A stretch of DNA of 35,521 nt from Candidatus Micrarchaeota archaeon. GTDB lineage: Archaea; Micrarchaeota; Micrarchaeia; Micrarchaeales; CABMGC01. The stretch is taken from NCBI GenBank assembly GCA_964548595.1, contig CAZJQO010000003.1:1-35521 (forward strand), given 5' to 3'. Below are positions 1-8,326 of the stretch, one piece after another. Position 1 is the first letter of the stretch; every line of letters starts with the position of its first letter. A model generated the notes under the pieces. The model searched no databases and had not been told where the DNA came from. It saw nothing but the letters and a program-made list of their open reading frames with translations. A program made the translations under genes and the position numbers.

Positions 1-228
1 GCTTATATCCATCCCATATACAATGCCCCCTGCCCTAACAGCAGGAACGCATTCCAAACCGTCTCCACACCCAGCGTAAAAAATTTTCTTTCCGTGGACG
101 GGTCCCATCAATTTAAAGAGTTGTCTCCGCAGAACCTTCACTACCTTGTAATTGCTTTGGGTAGCCGAGTACTGGACTGCCTGCATATCGTATAGCCTTC
201 GTGCAGTAACCGCATCTTTATTTATCAC
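1..228 (-). CDS. class I SAM-dependent methyltransferase, N-terminal part (gene continues beyond window start)
   Basis: Not in the ORF track because it runs off the window. The minus frame from GTG at 226-228 reads VINKDAVTARRLYDMQAVQYSATQSNYKVVKVLRRQLFKLMGPVHGKKIFYAGCGDGLECVPAVRAGGIVYGMDIS. It has a Rossmann motif I-like 'IFYAGCGDG' and an acidic post-I 'GMDIS'. An upstream in-frame TAA bounds it. The start codon is uncertain. Confidence 0.5.
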   Translation of the reverse strand, partial: MINKDAVTARRLYDMQAVQYSATQSNYKVVKVLRRQLFKLMGPVHGKKIFYAGCGDGLECVPAVRAGGIVYGMDIS

Positions 229-430
229 CTCACTTCCCCTTCTTGGATATTAAAACTGTTCCTCCATGTAAAGTAAACTGGTAAACTTTACACTTTTATC
301 CTTTTCCTTCGATTGCCAACAACCCTATATGTGAAAACTTGGAATGTTTGCTTAACAGAAATTGACTATTTTTATAAGGTCTACTGCCGTATTAAATTTG
401 CTGGAACTGCATATGGTTTACCGTTACAGG

Positions 431-1216
431 CTATAGAGTCCCTGTTTTTCTTAGTAATTTTAAAATCTCATTATCTACTATCTTTACTTCTTCATCCTTC
501 AGTTTGTAGTCATGAGTCATCTTTGGTATTACCACAAATTTCTTTGGCTCGTTTGCACTTTCAAATATCTCCTGAACCATTTCTTTCGGGCAAGAATTAT
601 CTAATTCTCCTGCTATAAAAATAGTTGGAACTCTTATTTTCTTTACATCAGTGAGTACGTCGTACTTATCCTTATCGTCTGCGTATGAAATTGGTACAAT
701 AAAAGTCTTTTTTCCTGGTTTACCTTCAGGCAATTCTCGTGTACTCTTGCTAAAACCAGTTCTCTTCCATTCGGCCATCCTTTCATCTGTCGCCGTGCTT
801 CTGCCAGAAGGCATTATTGCCACCACAACAGAAATTCGTAAATCTCTTGCTGCGTAAAGAAGTGCAACTTGCCCTCCTCTGCTATGACCTCCAATTAGTA
901 TATGCTCATATTTTCCTTGTTCTGACATATATTCCAAAACATTTCTGATATCTGTAAGGTACTGGGTTGTGGTGTACTGAGAGATGTTCCCTTCACTATC
1001 CCACGTTCCTGTTGGGTCAAACCTGACGGCAGTGTAGCCCTCATTACTTAACATTTCTGCAAGGTTGGTCATGTGCTTGTAATCTTTTGAGTCCAAGTAA
1101 CCTGGGCACAGAATTGCGAGCTTTTCAGTTGCAACGTCATTCTGGTGAATTGCTGCAGAAAGGTTGCCCTTTGAAGACTGTATTCTTGTTCGAAATACCT
1201 TATTCACGTGTTTCAC
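431..1216 (-). CDS. alpha/beta-fold hydrolase (dienelactone hydrolase / S9-like)
   Basis: 261-aa ORF with a GTG start. It has the nucleophile elbow GHSRGG (GxSxG), then acidic 'AGELDNS' and 'MTHDY' in the Ser-Asp-His order typical of alpha/beta hydrolases. A TATA-like 'tatttatacc' lies about 28 nt upstream on the minus strand. Composition is AT-rich. Confidence 0.75.
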   Translation of the reverse strand: MKHVNKVFRTRIQSSKGNLSAAIHQNDVATEKLAILCPGYLDSKDYKHMTNLAEMLSNEGYTAVRFDPTGTWDSEGNISQYTTTQYLTDIRNVLEYMSEQGKYEHILIGGHSRGGQVALLYAARDLRISVVVAIMPSGRSTATDERMAEWKRTGFSKSTRELPEGKPGKKTFIVPISYADDKDKYDVLTDVKKIRVPTIFIAGELDNSCPKEMVQEIFESANEPKKFVVIPKMTHDYKLKDEEVKIVDNEILKLLRKTGTL

Positions 1217-1303
1217 TAATTAAAATCTACTTTACTAGGTATAAATAGATTCGCTTAAGATTATACGTAGTCGCATAGGTAAACCTTATTAATGATCAGA
1301 GAT

Positions 1304-1324
1304 TTGTATATCGTTGTATATCGT
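1304..1324. repeat. tandem direct repeat, 10-nt unit ttgtatatcg x2.1
   Basis: Read directly: ttgtatatcg ttgtatatcg t at 1304-1324. It sits exactly at the AT-rich to GC-rich transition and about 55-70 nt upstream of the acylphosphatase ATG. The units are TATA-like. Confidence 0.8.
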
Positions 1325-1377
1325 ACACGAACGTTACTTGAAGCTCAACTCTCGGCGCTCGCAGTTTTCAGCGGCGC

Positions 1378-1788
1378 ATGTTCATGGAAGTGATACTTTC
1401 CGTTCACGGAGTGGTGCATGGCGTGGGATACAGGGCCTTCGTAAAGGGCATCGCGCTGAGGCACAGCATAAAAGGGAACGTGCGGAACGTCTCTGACGGC
1501 AGCGTGGAGATACTGGCCGTGGGCACTCCAGAGGCCCTCGCCTCTTTTGAGGATGAAATAATGGTAGATACGCGGCACGGACCCAGCGTGCTGCACGTGG
1601 AGAAGAGAGTGCGGGACGAGAAGTTTGGCACCTATGCCGACTTTGAGATAGAGGAGGACAGGCAGCTCTGGCTATATGGTGCACTCCTCATTCAGCACCG
1701 GCATGGTCACTTTGTAGTGCTTGCCGAGCGCGGCTGCAAGCTGCTTCATCTTTTCCTCGTCTCCGTGTACTATGAATATTCTCTTTAG
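1378..1788 (+). CDS. acyP: acylphosphatase-like protein with an unusual C-terminal read-through tail
   Basis: The first ~95 aa carry the acylphosphatase signature (VHGVVHGVGYRAFV, similar to VxGxVQGVxFR, and NVSDGSVEI). The remaining ~40 codons are antisense to the 3' end of the convergent beta-CASP gene, with a 117-nt overlap. Confidence 0.65.
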   Translation: MFMEVILSVHGVVHGVGYRAFVKGIALRHSIKGNVRNVSDGSVEILAVGTPEALASFEDEIMVDTRHGPSVLHVEKRVRDEKFGTYADFEIEEDRQLWLYGALLIQHRHGHFVVLAERGCKLLHLFLVSVYYEYSL

Positions 1789-2985
1789 TCCCTGTATCTT
1801 GCTCACAAACCTGACCAGTTGCGGCCTGTCCGCGTGCGCAGAGAGGTGGAACGACTCGACTTTCAGCCCCATCTTGATTTTCTTGCCTTCCAGGCTTATC
1901 TCCTTGGCGCCGTTGAGCAGATCCCTGCCCGGGGTTCCGACCGCCTGGTAGCCTACGAGTATGAGTTTGTTCAGCGCGTCGCTGCCCATGTGCTCCAGAT
2001 ACTTTATCACGGGGCCGCCCTTCAGCATGCCGCTGGTGGTGACTACTATCGCTGCGCCCTGGTACCTCATGACCTTGCTCCTGTCGGCCTTGTCCTCCAC
2101 CATGGAGAAATTGCTGCTCTTGAACGGGTCGTCTTCGCTCATCAGTATGCGCTTCTGCAGCTCGTCCTTGCAGAATATCACGTTGTGCCTGTAGATCCTG
2201 TTAGCCTTGCCTATCATGCCATCTACGAATATGGGCACCTTGGGCAGCGTGCCTGATCGCATGTAGTCGTCAAGTATGAAGAGCACTTCCTGCGCCCTTC
2301 CAACGGCGAAGCTCGGGATCACGACCTTGCCCTCGTTCTCGAGCGTTGTCTTTATGCTCTTCATCAGCCCCGAAAGCACTTCCTTCTCCGCTGGGAACGT
2401 GTCCTTGTCTCCGCCGTAGGTTGACTCGGTTATCAGCGTGTCAGCCTTCAGGTACTCGGTGTACGCCGGATCCAGCAGCCTGGTTGTCCTCAGGTTCAGG
2501 TCGCCTGTGTAGAGAATGCGCTCATCGCCGAGCCTAACCTCCACCATCGCGCTGCCCAGTATGTGGCCTGCCGGCACGAACTTTATTGCAAAATCCTTGA
2601 TCCTGGCCTCCTGATGGTACTCCAGTACCTTGGCCTTCCTCTGCATCTTTGCCTGCCAGTCCTTGCTGATGTTCTTTGGCTCCGATATCTTCAGGTAGTC
2701 GTTGGCTATCACGTTAACGAGCTCGAACGTTGGCTTGAGCGCGTAAGCAAGGCCGTTGAATCCGTTCGAATACAGATGCGGCAGGTACCCGCAGTGGTCA
2801 AGGTGCGCGTGTGTTATCACAACCGCGTCTATGCTCTTCAGCATAGAGTCGGGCAGGGTAGGCAGCTCCGCTTCCTCCTCGCCTATCTTCACTCCTGCGT
2901 CCAGCAGTATTCTTGTGTTCTTCCCTTCTACCATTATGCAGCTCCTTCCTACCTCTCTTGCTGCTCCGAAAAATTTTAGTTTCAA
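1672..2985 (-). CDS. beta-CASP metallo-beta-lactamase ribonuclease (aCPSF2-type)
   Basis: 437 aa with a TTG start. N-terminus is KLKFFGAAREVGRSC. It has the MBL motif THAHLDHCG (HxHxDH) and C-terminal beta-CASP motifs 'HLSAHAD' and 'VHGDEE'. There is no N-terminal KH domain, which fits the short archaeal CPSF paralog. Confidence 0.8.
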   Translation of the reverse strand: MKLKFFGAAREVGRSCIMVEGKNTRILLDAGVKIGEEEAELPTLPDSMLKSIDAVVITHAHLDHCGYLPHLYSNGFNGLAYALKPTFELVNVIANDYLKISEPKNISKDWQAKMQRKAKVLEYHQEARIKDFAIKFVPAGHILGSAMVEVRLGDERILYTGDLNLRTTRLLDPAYTEYLKADTLITESTYGGDKDTFPAEKEVLSGLMKSIKTTLENEGKVVIPSFAVGRAQEVLFILDDYMRSGTLPKVPIFVDGMIGKANRIYRHNVIFCKDELQKRILMSEDDPFKSSNFSMVEDKADRSKVMRYQGAAIVVTTSGMLKGGPVIKYLEHMGSDALNKLILVGYQAVGTPGRDLLNGAKEISLEGKKIKMGLKVESFHLSAHADRPQLVRFVSKIQGLKRIFIVHGDEEKMKQLAAALGKHYKVTMPVLNEECTI

Positions 2986-3056
2986 TAAATCACTTTTCTT
3001 TTGTTTTGTATTTTTTGCTTCTCTTTACTTCGCGTTTCTTTTTGCGCAGATTGCTT

Positions 3057-3581
3057 CTATTCCTTCTTCTTTATCGTGGCTATGTCTTCGAGGCTTATCT
3101 CGAAGGGCTCGCTGCGCTTCTGCTTGTACTCGGGGCTCCTGCCCTCGCTCCTCCTCTGCCTCGCCGCCTTGCTCCTTATGCCTGCGAAGAGCGCGTCCAG
3201 CCTCTTGTCAAGCTCCAGTATTTTGCCCTTGTGCGCCTCCAGCTCCCTGTTGAGCGCGTCTATGTCGCTCGTCAGGAATTCGAGCTTCCTCTTCATCCTG
3301 TAGCCCTTCAGCGCCTCCTCGAGCTCCGCGTCCACGTCGCTGAGCTTCTTGATCAGCTCCTTCTCCGCAGCCAGCGTGCCCGCCTGCGTGGAGATCTGGA
3401 ACTCTATGCCCTTCTTCATCTTCCTGAGCCTGCCGAGATTCTTCTGCGGCATGTCGTAGCTGGTGAGCTTCTGTATGGCCGCACGCTCCGACTCCTTGTA
3501 GTCGAGCCTGCCCTTCAGCCTGCGCATCTGGTCTATGAGCGAGGCCCTCTCCCTCTTGGCCTTGTCTATATCATCCTGCAC
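3057..3581 (-). CDS. conserved archaeal coiled-coil protein (COG1340-like), function unknown
   Basis: 174-aa ORF with a GTG start. It is K/E/R/L-rich with heptad character throughout. The frame stays open upstream (K/E/A-rich) without a canonical start, so the N-terminus is uncertain. Confidence 0.5.
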   Translation of the reverse strand: MQDDIDKAKRERASLIDQMRRLKGRLDYKESERAAIQKLTSYDMPQKNLGRLRKMKKGIEFQISTQAGTLAAEKELIKKLSDVDAELEEALKGYRMKRKLEFLTSDIDALNRELEAHKGKILELDKRLDALFAGIRSKAARQRRSEGRSPEYKQKRSEPFEISLEDIATIKKKE

Positions 3582-3694
3582 AGGATCGGTTGCCTTGGCT
3601 GCGCCGCGCTCCTGCGCAGCGTTTGGGCTGGCCTGCGCAGTTTCCTTAACTGGTGCCGAAGCAGCCTCGTTTTTTGTCTCCTTCTTCTCGTCGC

Positions 3695-4867
3695 TCAGTG
3701 AACCGCCTGTTCCTCTAGCAATAGTTTGTAAGTATCAAGCAGAGCGTCTGTCACATGCCTGCTGGAATACTGTCTAGCTGTTTCGGTTGCGTGCTTTGTA
3801 TAAGCAGAGCTGTTATTTAAAACTTTTTCTATCTTGCTTGCGCAGCTCCTCGCGTCCGATGGCTTGAAGCGCTCGCCGTTTCTGCCGTCTTTTATCAGGT
3901 CGTGCAGCGCCATGTAATCTGAGCCTACCACAGGCTTGCCCATCGCCATGGCCTCCAGCGCCACTATGCCCTGCGTCTCGAAGTTGGAGGGCAGGCAGAG
4001 CAGGTCGCTTGCTGCATACATCTGCTGAAGCTCATCCGTCCTTACGAAGCCGGTGAATATTACATTTGCCGATATGCCTAGCTTCGCGGAGAGCCGCCTG
4101 GAGGCATCAAGCTCAGGGCCCGCGCCACCTACAACGAAGCGTATGTCGGTGCGCCTCTTGAGCAGCAGCTTTGCGGCATGCAGCATTACGTCCAGCCTCT
4201 TCTCCTTGCTTATCCTGCCCATGTACAGCACCACTTTCTCCTCCCTGCCTATTCCAAGCTTCTCCAGCATGCCTGATCCGCTTATTTTCCTGTTAAACCT
4301 CTTCAGGTCGATGCTGTTCGGCACAACTGTAATGTTGCCTACTTTCTGCTTCCTGAGCATGGTCGCTATCGAATTCGACGGCGCAATCACCGCGTCGCTC
4401 GACCTGTAGAAGAACTTGACATATTTCCATAGGTACTTGGCGTAGAACCTGCGCAGCGCCCTGTTCTTGGGGTAGTATGCATCCAGGCTCCTGCTATTTA
4501 GCAGCGTGTGGAAAGTGCTTACTGCAGGATAGTTGTTGAGCTTCGCCGCCAGCAGGCCTGTAAAGCCCATCATGAACGGGGTCTGATTGTGTATTATGTC
4601 TATCCCAAGGCTCTTCAGCTTCAGCGAGGAATAGTACGGGAACAGCGCGGTGCTGTACTGCGGATACGGCTTGAACTTCACTCCTGCATACAAAAATACG
4701 TCCTTGCGTCCGTACTTCTTCATGTCCTCCTGCTTCGCTGGAGCGAATGTGTAGACTTTGTGGCCGCGCCTCTCCAGCTCTCTCTTGAAGCCGCATATCG
4801 ACGTGACTACGCCGTCGATTGCAGGGAAATAGCTGTCTGTGTAAAAAGCAATCCTTAAACGCTGCAT
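3695..4867 (-). CDS. glycosyltransferase family 4 (GT-B fold)
   Basis: N-terminus RIAFYTDSYFPAIDGV. The C-terminal GT1/GT4 donor-binding region is 'LPSNFETQGIVALEAMAMGKPVV' (E-x7-E type). ATG at 4867 is preferred over TTG at 4870. Confidence 0.8.
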   Translation of the reverse strand: MQRLRIAFYTDSYFPAIDGVVTSICGFKRELERRGHKVYTFAPAKQEDMKKYGRKDVFLYAGVKFKPYPQYSTALFPYYSSLKLKSLGIDIIHNQTPFMMGFTGLLAAKLNNYPAVSTFHTLLNSRSLDAYYPKNRALRRFYAKYLWKYVKFFYRSSDAVIAPSNSIATMLRKQKVGNITVVPNSIDLKRFNRKISGSGMLEKLGIGREEKVVLYMGRISKEKRLDVMLHAAKLLLKRRTDIRFVVGGAGPELDASRRLSAKLGISANVIFTGFVRTDELQQMYAASDLLCLPSNFETQGIVALEAMAMGKPVVGSDYMALHDLIKDGRNGERFKPSDARSCASKIEKVLNNSSAYTKHATETARQYSSRHVTDALLDTYKLLLEEQAVH

Positions 4868-4875
4868 CAAAACAC

Positions 4876-5271
4876 TCAGAGCCTTACGGCCTCTCCTCCA
4901 GCCTGCTTTATCTTCGCTTCTGCGTTCGCAGAGAACGAATCAGCCTTGATCACTGCTGGTTTCAGCAGTGTGCCAGAGCTCAGCACCTTGAAGCCCTTCA
5001 GCTCAAGCACCGGTTTGTCGCCCTGCACGCTGTTGAGCCTCTTAGACACGTCCCGCAGGCTTATTATCTCAAGCCTCTTCCCCTTCCTTGACACGAAACC
5101 CTTGTGCACCAGGCTCTCGCGCTCGTAGACAAGTATGTGCGACATCTTGTGCTTGCTGCCGCCCCTGCCCACTCCACCCCTGCTGCCCGCTCCTCTGGCG
5201 TGCTTTATGTTGCCTACACCCCAACTCCTGGTGCCGAAGTACTTCCTCTTGCTCTTGATCCTCAGTACCAT
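4876..5271 (-). CDS. rpl15: 50S ribosomal protein uL15
   Basis: 131 aa. 'KRKYFGTRSWGVGNIKHARGAGSRGGVGRGGSKHK' is the typical glycine/basic uL15 N-terminus. It follows the uL30 gene with a 1-nt spacer (TGAaATG). Confidence 0.9.
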   Translation of the reverse strand: MVLRIKSKRKYFGTRSWGVGNIKHARGAGSRGGVGRGGSKHKMSHILVYERESLVHKGFVSRKGKRLEIISLRDVSKRLNSVQGDKPVLELKGFKVLSSGTLLKPAVIKADSFSANAEAKIKQAGGEAVRL

Positions 5272-5272
5272 T

Positions 5273-5698
5273 TCAAAGCATCCTCGTTATGAGCTTGTCA
5301 ATTTCAGCGCCCCGGTTGCCCAGTGCTCCCCTGCTCTTGTACGCCTTCTTTACACCCTCGTAGCCCTTCCTCGGGGGGTGCATTCCGAAGGGCATCTCTA
5401 TGCCCAGCTGCTTCGCCGATTTCTTTCCGGAAAGCAGAGCGGAGATGCCTGCCTCATCCACCTTCGCGCCCTTTGCGCTGAGCAGCTTTGCCAGCGTTTC
5501 CTTGCTTATCTCCCCGAAAGTTACGTAGTCCTTGCACTTCTTCAGCATGCCCGCGTATGCAGCGTCTGAACCGTTTACAAGCACAAGGTTGTTGACGCGC
5601 CTGAGCCTGAGCCTGTCCAGAGTCTCCGCTATGTTATGCCTGACCTTCACCCGGCCACGCACTCTTACAACTGCAAGTAGCTTCTCTTTTTCTTCCAT
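5273..5698 (-). CDS. rpl30: 50S ribosomal protein uL30
   Basis: 'LLAVVRVRGRVKVRHNIAETLDRLRLRRVNNLVLV' is the uL30 core. The internal ATG at 5698 (MEEKEK...) is preferred over the longest ORF start at 5731. A TATA-like 'ttttatgc' lies about 20 nt upstream. Confidence 0.85.
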   Translation of the reverse strand: MEEKEKLLAVVRVRGRVKVRHNIAETLDRLRLRRVNNLVLVNGSDAAYAGMLKKCKDYVTFGEISKETLAKLLSAKGAKVDEAGISALLSGKKSAKQLGIEMPFGMHPPRKGYEGVKKAYKSRGALGNRGAEIDKLITRML

Positions 5699-6012
5699 CA
5701 AGGACACGCCTTTGCATAAAACACGGCACAAACAGGCAGTTGTCGCTCTGGTGCCATTACAGCAACTCTTTGCACATCAATGCTTTTATACCTTTCCGGC
5801 TTAGCCGCGCTTCCCCTCCGAGAGCGCCACGCTCTCTCCCGTACATTTCTGAATAAAGGCTTCTCGGACAGATAGGGCACTGCATCAAAAAGGCTGGTGT
5901 TTCCCCGCGTCTGCAGTTTTGCAACACTTTGGCATCGGATGACGGCAAAGGGCAACGCGATCGCTACCTCCGGTCTATATATATTGCGGTAGAAAAATCT
6001 AAGCGTGTAGGT

Positions 6013-6432
6013 ATGCAGGAAAAAGGCAGCAGGGAAGACATGGAGCGGCTCATGTACCTTCAGAGTCTGTACAGCAAGGAGTACGAGGCTGTCGTGAACG
6101 AGATAGCGAGCCTGGGCATGGCACAGGCTGCGCTGGCGCGCAACATAGAGCTGCTGGAGCAGAGGGAGAAGCTTGAGAACTCGAAGATACTGATAAGCGG
6201 CGGCGGAGGCACGTACGTAGACGCGAGCATAAACAAGATAGATAGGGTGCTTGCCTATGCGGGGGCAGGTTATCTGGTGGAGAAGGACGCTGTCGGAGCC
6301 ATGGCGCTGCTCAAGAAGAGCAGCGAAGCAGGAACGGAGGCGATGAAGAAGCTTGTCGATGATAGGCGCAAGCTCGAGAAGGAGATAACAAGCATACAGT
6401 TCGCAATTGAATCGATGCAGCAGGGTCAGTAG
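6013..6432 (+). CDS. pfdA: prefoldin alpha subunit
   Basis: About 139 aa from ATG 6013. Coiled-coil arms flank a central beta-hairpin region (ILISGGGGTYVDASI...VLAYAGAGYLVEKD). It sits immediately upstream of ftsY (TAG then ATG, no spacer), a conserved archaeal pairing. 'tctatatatatt' lies about 30 nt upstream. Confidence 0.8.
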   Translation: MQEKGSREDMERLMYLQSLYSKEYEAVVNEIASLGMAQAALARNIELLEQREKLENSKILISGGGGTYVDASINKIDRVLAYAGAGYLVEKDAVGAMALLKKSSEAGTEAMKKLVDDRRKLEKEITSIQFAIESMQQGQ

Positions 6433-7548
6433 ATGTTCGAGGGGCTCAGGAAGAAGTTCTCGGGTTTCGTGGAAGGCTTGAGCAAGAAGGAGGAGCAGAA
6501 GGAAGAGCAGAAGGAAGAGGAAGCCCCGGTTATGGTGCAGCAGCAGCCCCAGCCGAGCGGACCCGAACCGGTGCAGAAAGACGGGCAGGTGGCTGAGGCC
6601 GGACAAAAGAGCGGGAAAAAAATAACAGCGGGGCGGAAGGCTCCTGACGTAAGCATCGCCACCAAGATAAGAGGCACGTTCCTGGGCAGGGTAAGGATAA
6701 GCGAGGGCGACGCTGAGCCGTTCCTGGATCAACTCAGGCTCGCGCTGCTGCAGAGCGATGTCAACTACGATGTCGCGGAAAGGATGATAGGCGAGCTGCA
6801 CTCGGGCCTGGTGGGCAAGGAGCTTGAATCGAGGCGGTTGAAGCAGGGGATAAGCGAGGAGATAAGGAACACGCTGATGCAGGTCATGGCCAAGAACGCC
6901 GGCAAGGACGTAGTGAATATGGCAAGGGCGAAGAAAGAGAGCGGTGACCGTCCGTTCAAGATACTTTTTCTCGGGCCGAACGGCGCAGGCAAGACGACAA
7001 CAATAGCAAAGATCGCATACATGCTCAAGAGCAATGGACTCAGCTGCGCCATATCTGCCAGCGACACGTTCAGGGCTGCTGCGATAGAGCAGGCCGCTGT
7101 GCACGCAAAGGCGCTAGGCATACCTGTGGTCAAGGGCGCCTACGGCGCGGATCCGGCGAGCATAGCCTTCGACTCGGTTGCTTACGCCAGGGCTCACGGC
7201 ATAGACGCTGTGCTTATAGACAGCGCTGGCAGGCAGGAGACCAACAAGAGCCTGATAGACGAGCTTAGGAAGATGGTGCGCGTCAACAAGCCTGACATGT
7301 GCGTCTTCATAGGCGAGAGCATAGCGGGCAACTCGCTGCTCGAGCAGGTGAAGCAGTTCGATTCGGCGGCCAGGCTCGACGGCATAATACTCACGAAGTT
7401 GGACGTTGACTCGAAGGGCGGCAACACACTCTCGATACTGAGCGACACCAGCATACCGGTGCTTTACTTCGGCACGGGTGAAAAGTACACAGACCTCATA
7501 CCCTACAGCGCCAAGTTCATAGTGGATAGCATAATGCCTAATAATTAG
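6433..7548 (+). CDS. ftsY: signal recognition particle receptor FtsY
   Basis: Acidic/basic N-terminal region (KKEEQKEEQKEEE). SRP-GTPase motifs are GPNGAGKTTTIAK (G1), DSAGRQ (G3) and TKLD (G4). Confidence 0.9.
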   Translation: MFEGLRKKFSGFVEGLSKKEEQKEEQKEEEAPVMVQQQPQPSGPEPVQKDGQVAEAGQKSGKKITAGRKAPDVSIATKIRGTFLGRVRISEGDAEPFLDQLRLALLQSDVNYDVAERMIGELHSGLVGKELESRRLKQGISEEIRNTLMQVMAKNAGKDVVNMARAKKESGDRPFKILFLGPNGAGKTTTIAKIAYMLKSNGLSCAISASDTFRAAAIEQAAVHAKALGIPVVKGAYGADPASIAFDSVAYARAHGIDAVLIDSAGRQETNKSLIDELRKMVRVNKPDMCVFIGESIAGNSLLEQVKQFDSAARLDGIILTKLDVDSKGGNTLSILSDTSIPVLYFGTGEKYTDLIPYSAKFIVDSIMPNN

Positions 7549-7563
7549 TCTGTTTCAAGTTAC

Positions 7564-7860
7564 ATGGTTGCTTGTATGGTTGACTCCATGAAGCGAAGTT
7601 CATTTGAAAAGCTTGTGCTGACAGCCGGACTGGGCTGGCTCGTTGCAGGCCTGATAACGCTCGCGATAGGCATGTACGTTGGCTCCAGTGCGATATGCAG
7701 CTGCCCGGCGATACCCGCTAACGCTACAGCAACGCAGATAGCGCAGATCTGCCGCTGCGGCGGCTACATCGGCTACATATACAGCTACGTGGGCGCTGCC
7801 GCAGCCGTTACAGGATTGATGCTGGCGCTCCTGCACCGCAGGATAGCCGCCTACGCTTAG
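7564..7860 (+). CDS. hypothetical small membrane protein (two TM helices, Cys-rich loop)
   Basis: 98-aa ORF with an ATG start. It has two hydrophobic segments (LGWLVAGLITLAIGMYV and YVGAAAAVTGLMLALL) and a loop with 4 Cys. No family recognised. Confidence 0.4.
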   Translation: MVACMVDSMKRSSFEKLVLTAGLGWLVAGLITLAIGMYVGSSAICSCPAIPANATATQIAQICRCGGYIGYIYSYVGAAAAVTGLMLALLHRRIAAYA

Positions 7861-7982
7861 CTCCCCAGAGCTGGAAATTCCACATGCTTTGGCAGCGGGA
7901 CTAGCGCGAGGGCGGAAGTATTATAAGATTGCGAGCTGGGAAAACCGCGATTTCGGTCGCGGGATGAAAGCGGGTTGACTAA

Positions 7983-8326
7983 ATGCGTATAAATTTGCAC
8001 ACCGAAATAGAGGATGTGGAAATGGCAAGAGCCTACCAATACCGGCCGTATCCGGAGAGGGCGCTACACAAAATCATGGTCGCGAAGGAGACTACAGCGA
8101 CTTGCCATGTCTGCGGCAACGGGCAGTGCACGCCCCTCAGTGAGAGGGCGTATGCCTGCGATATCTGCGGTTCCGTTACCGACAGGGACATAAATGTGAG
8201 CACAAATATATTGCACAAGGCAACTACCGCGGGGCAGACGGGAAGCAACGCTTGGGGGAGATGATCCATGAGGCTGTCGAAGAACCAAGAAGTCCGCACC
8301 CTTCGGGGGTGGGAGCGCGTTGCTAA
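7983..8326 (+). pseudogene. tnpB: TnpB (IS605 OrfB) C-terminal fragment: zinc ribbon plus RuvC-III motif
   Basis: ORF 7983-8264 reads ...TCHVCGNGQCTPLSERAYACDICGSVTDRDINVSTNIL. This matches the TnpB CxxCG...CxxCG zinc ribbon followed by DRDxNAAxNI. Full TnpB is about 350-450 aa. A frame-shifted continuation (EMIHEAVEEPRSPHPSGVGARC*, to 8326) resembles the usual archaeal TnpB tail. Confidence 0.6.

Larger units (their letters stand above)
1..1300. other. AT-rich compositional island (boundary approximate)
   Basis: Hand counts of 60-nt lines give about 30-32% G+C at 601-660 and 901-960. Lines sampled from the rest gave about 45-65% (6601, 21001, 25201). Codon choice in its genes (AAA, TTA, AAT, GAA) differs from the AAG/AGG/ATA/GAG-rich usage elsewhere. 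Confidence 0.6.

Noticed and set aside
313-618. 101-aa plus-strand ORF in the AT-rich island
   Set aside because: It overlaps the 3' end of the hydrolase gene in antisense. It has a TTG start, a hydrophobic low-complexity translation and no motif.
5757-5948. 63-aa minus-strand ORF (contains CPICP) in the rpl30/pfdA spacer
   Set aside because: It has a TTG start, and its codon usage (ttg, aaa, gaa, cgN) is unlike the host genes. It has no recognisable family. It is retained only as part of the unexplained-spacer finding.
5698-7104. 468-aa ORF on the minus strand spanning ftsY, pfdA and the upstream spacer
   Set aside because: It is antisense to two confidently identified genes. The translation is L/R/H/P-rich low-information sequence with no motifs. 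Long antisense ORFs are expected here because the sense codons whose reverse complements are stops (TTA, CTA, TCA) are rare.
7925-7975. CRISPR-repeat-like unit (internal hairpin, ends in ...atgaaag)
   Set aside because: There is only one such unit plus one diverged relative 340 nt away. There is no regular repeat-spacer periodicity. It is better explained as an IS200/IS605 end or TnpB-tail relic.
8256-8268. C-box-like 'gagatgatcc' suggesting a C/D box sRNA
   Set aside because: It does not match RUGAUGA, and there is no properly spaced D box (CUGA) or terminal stem.
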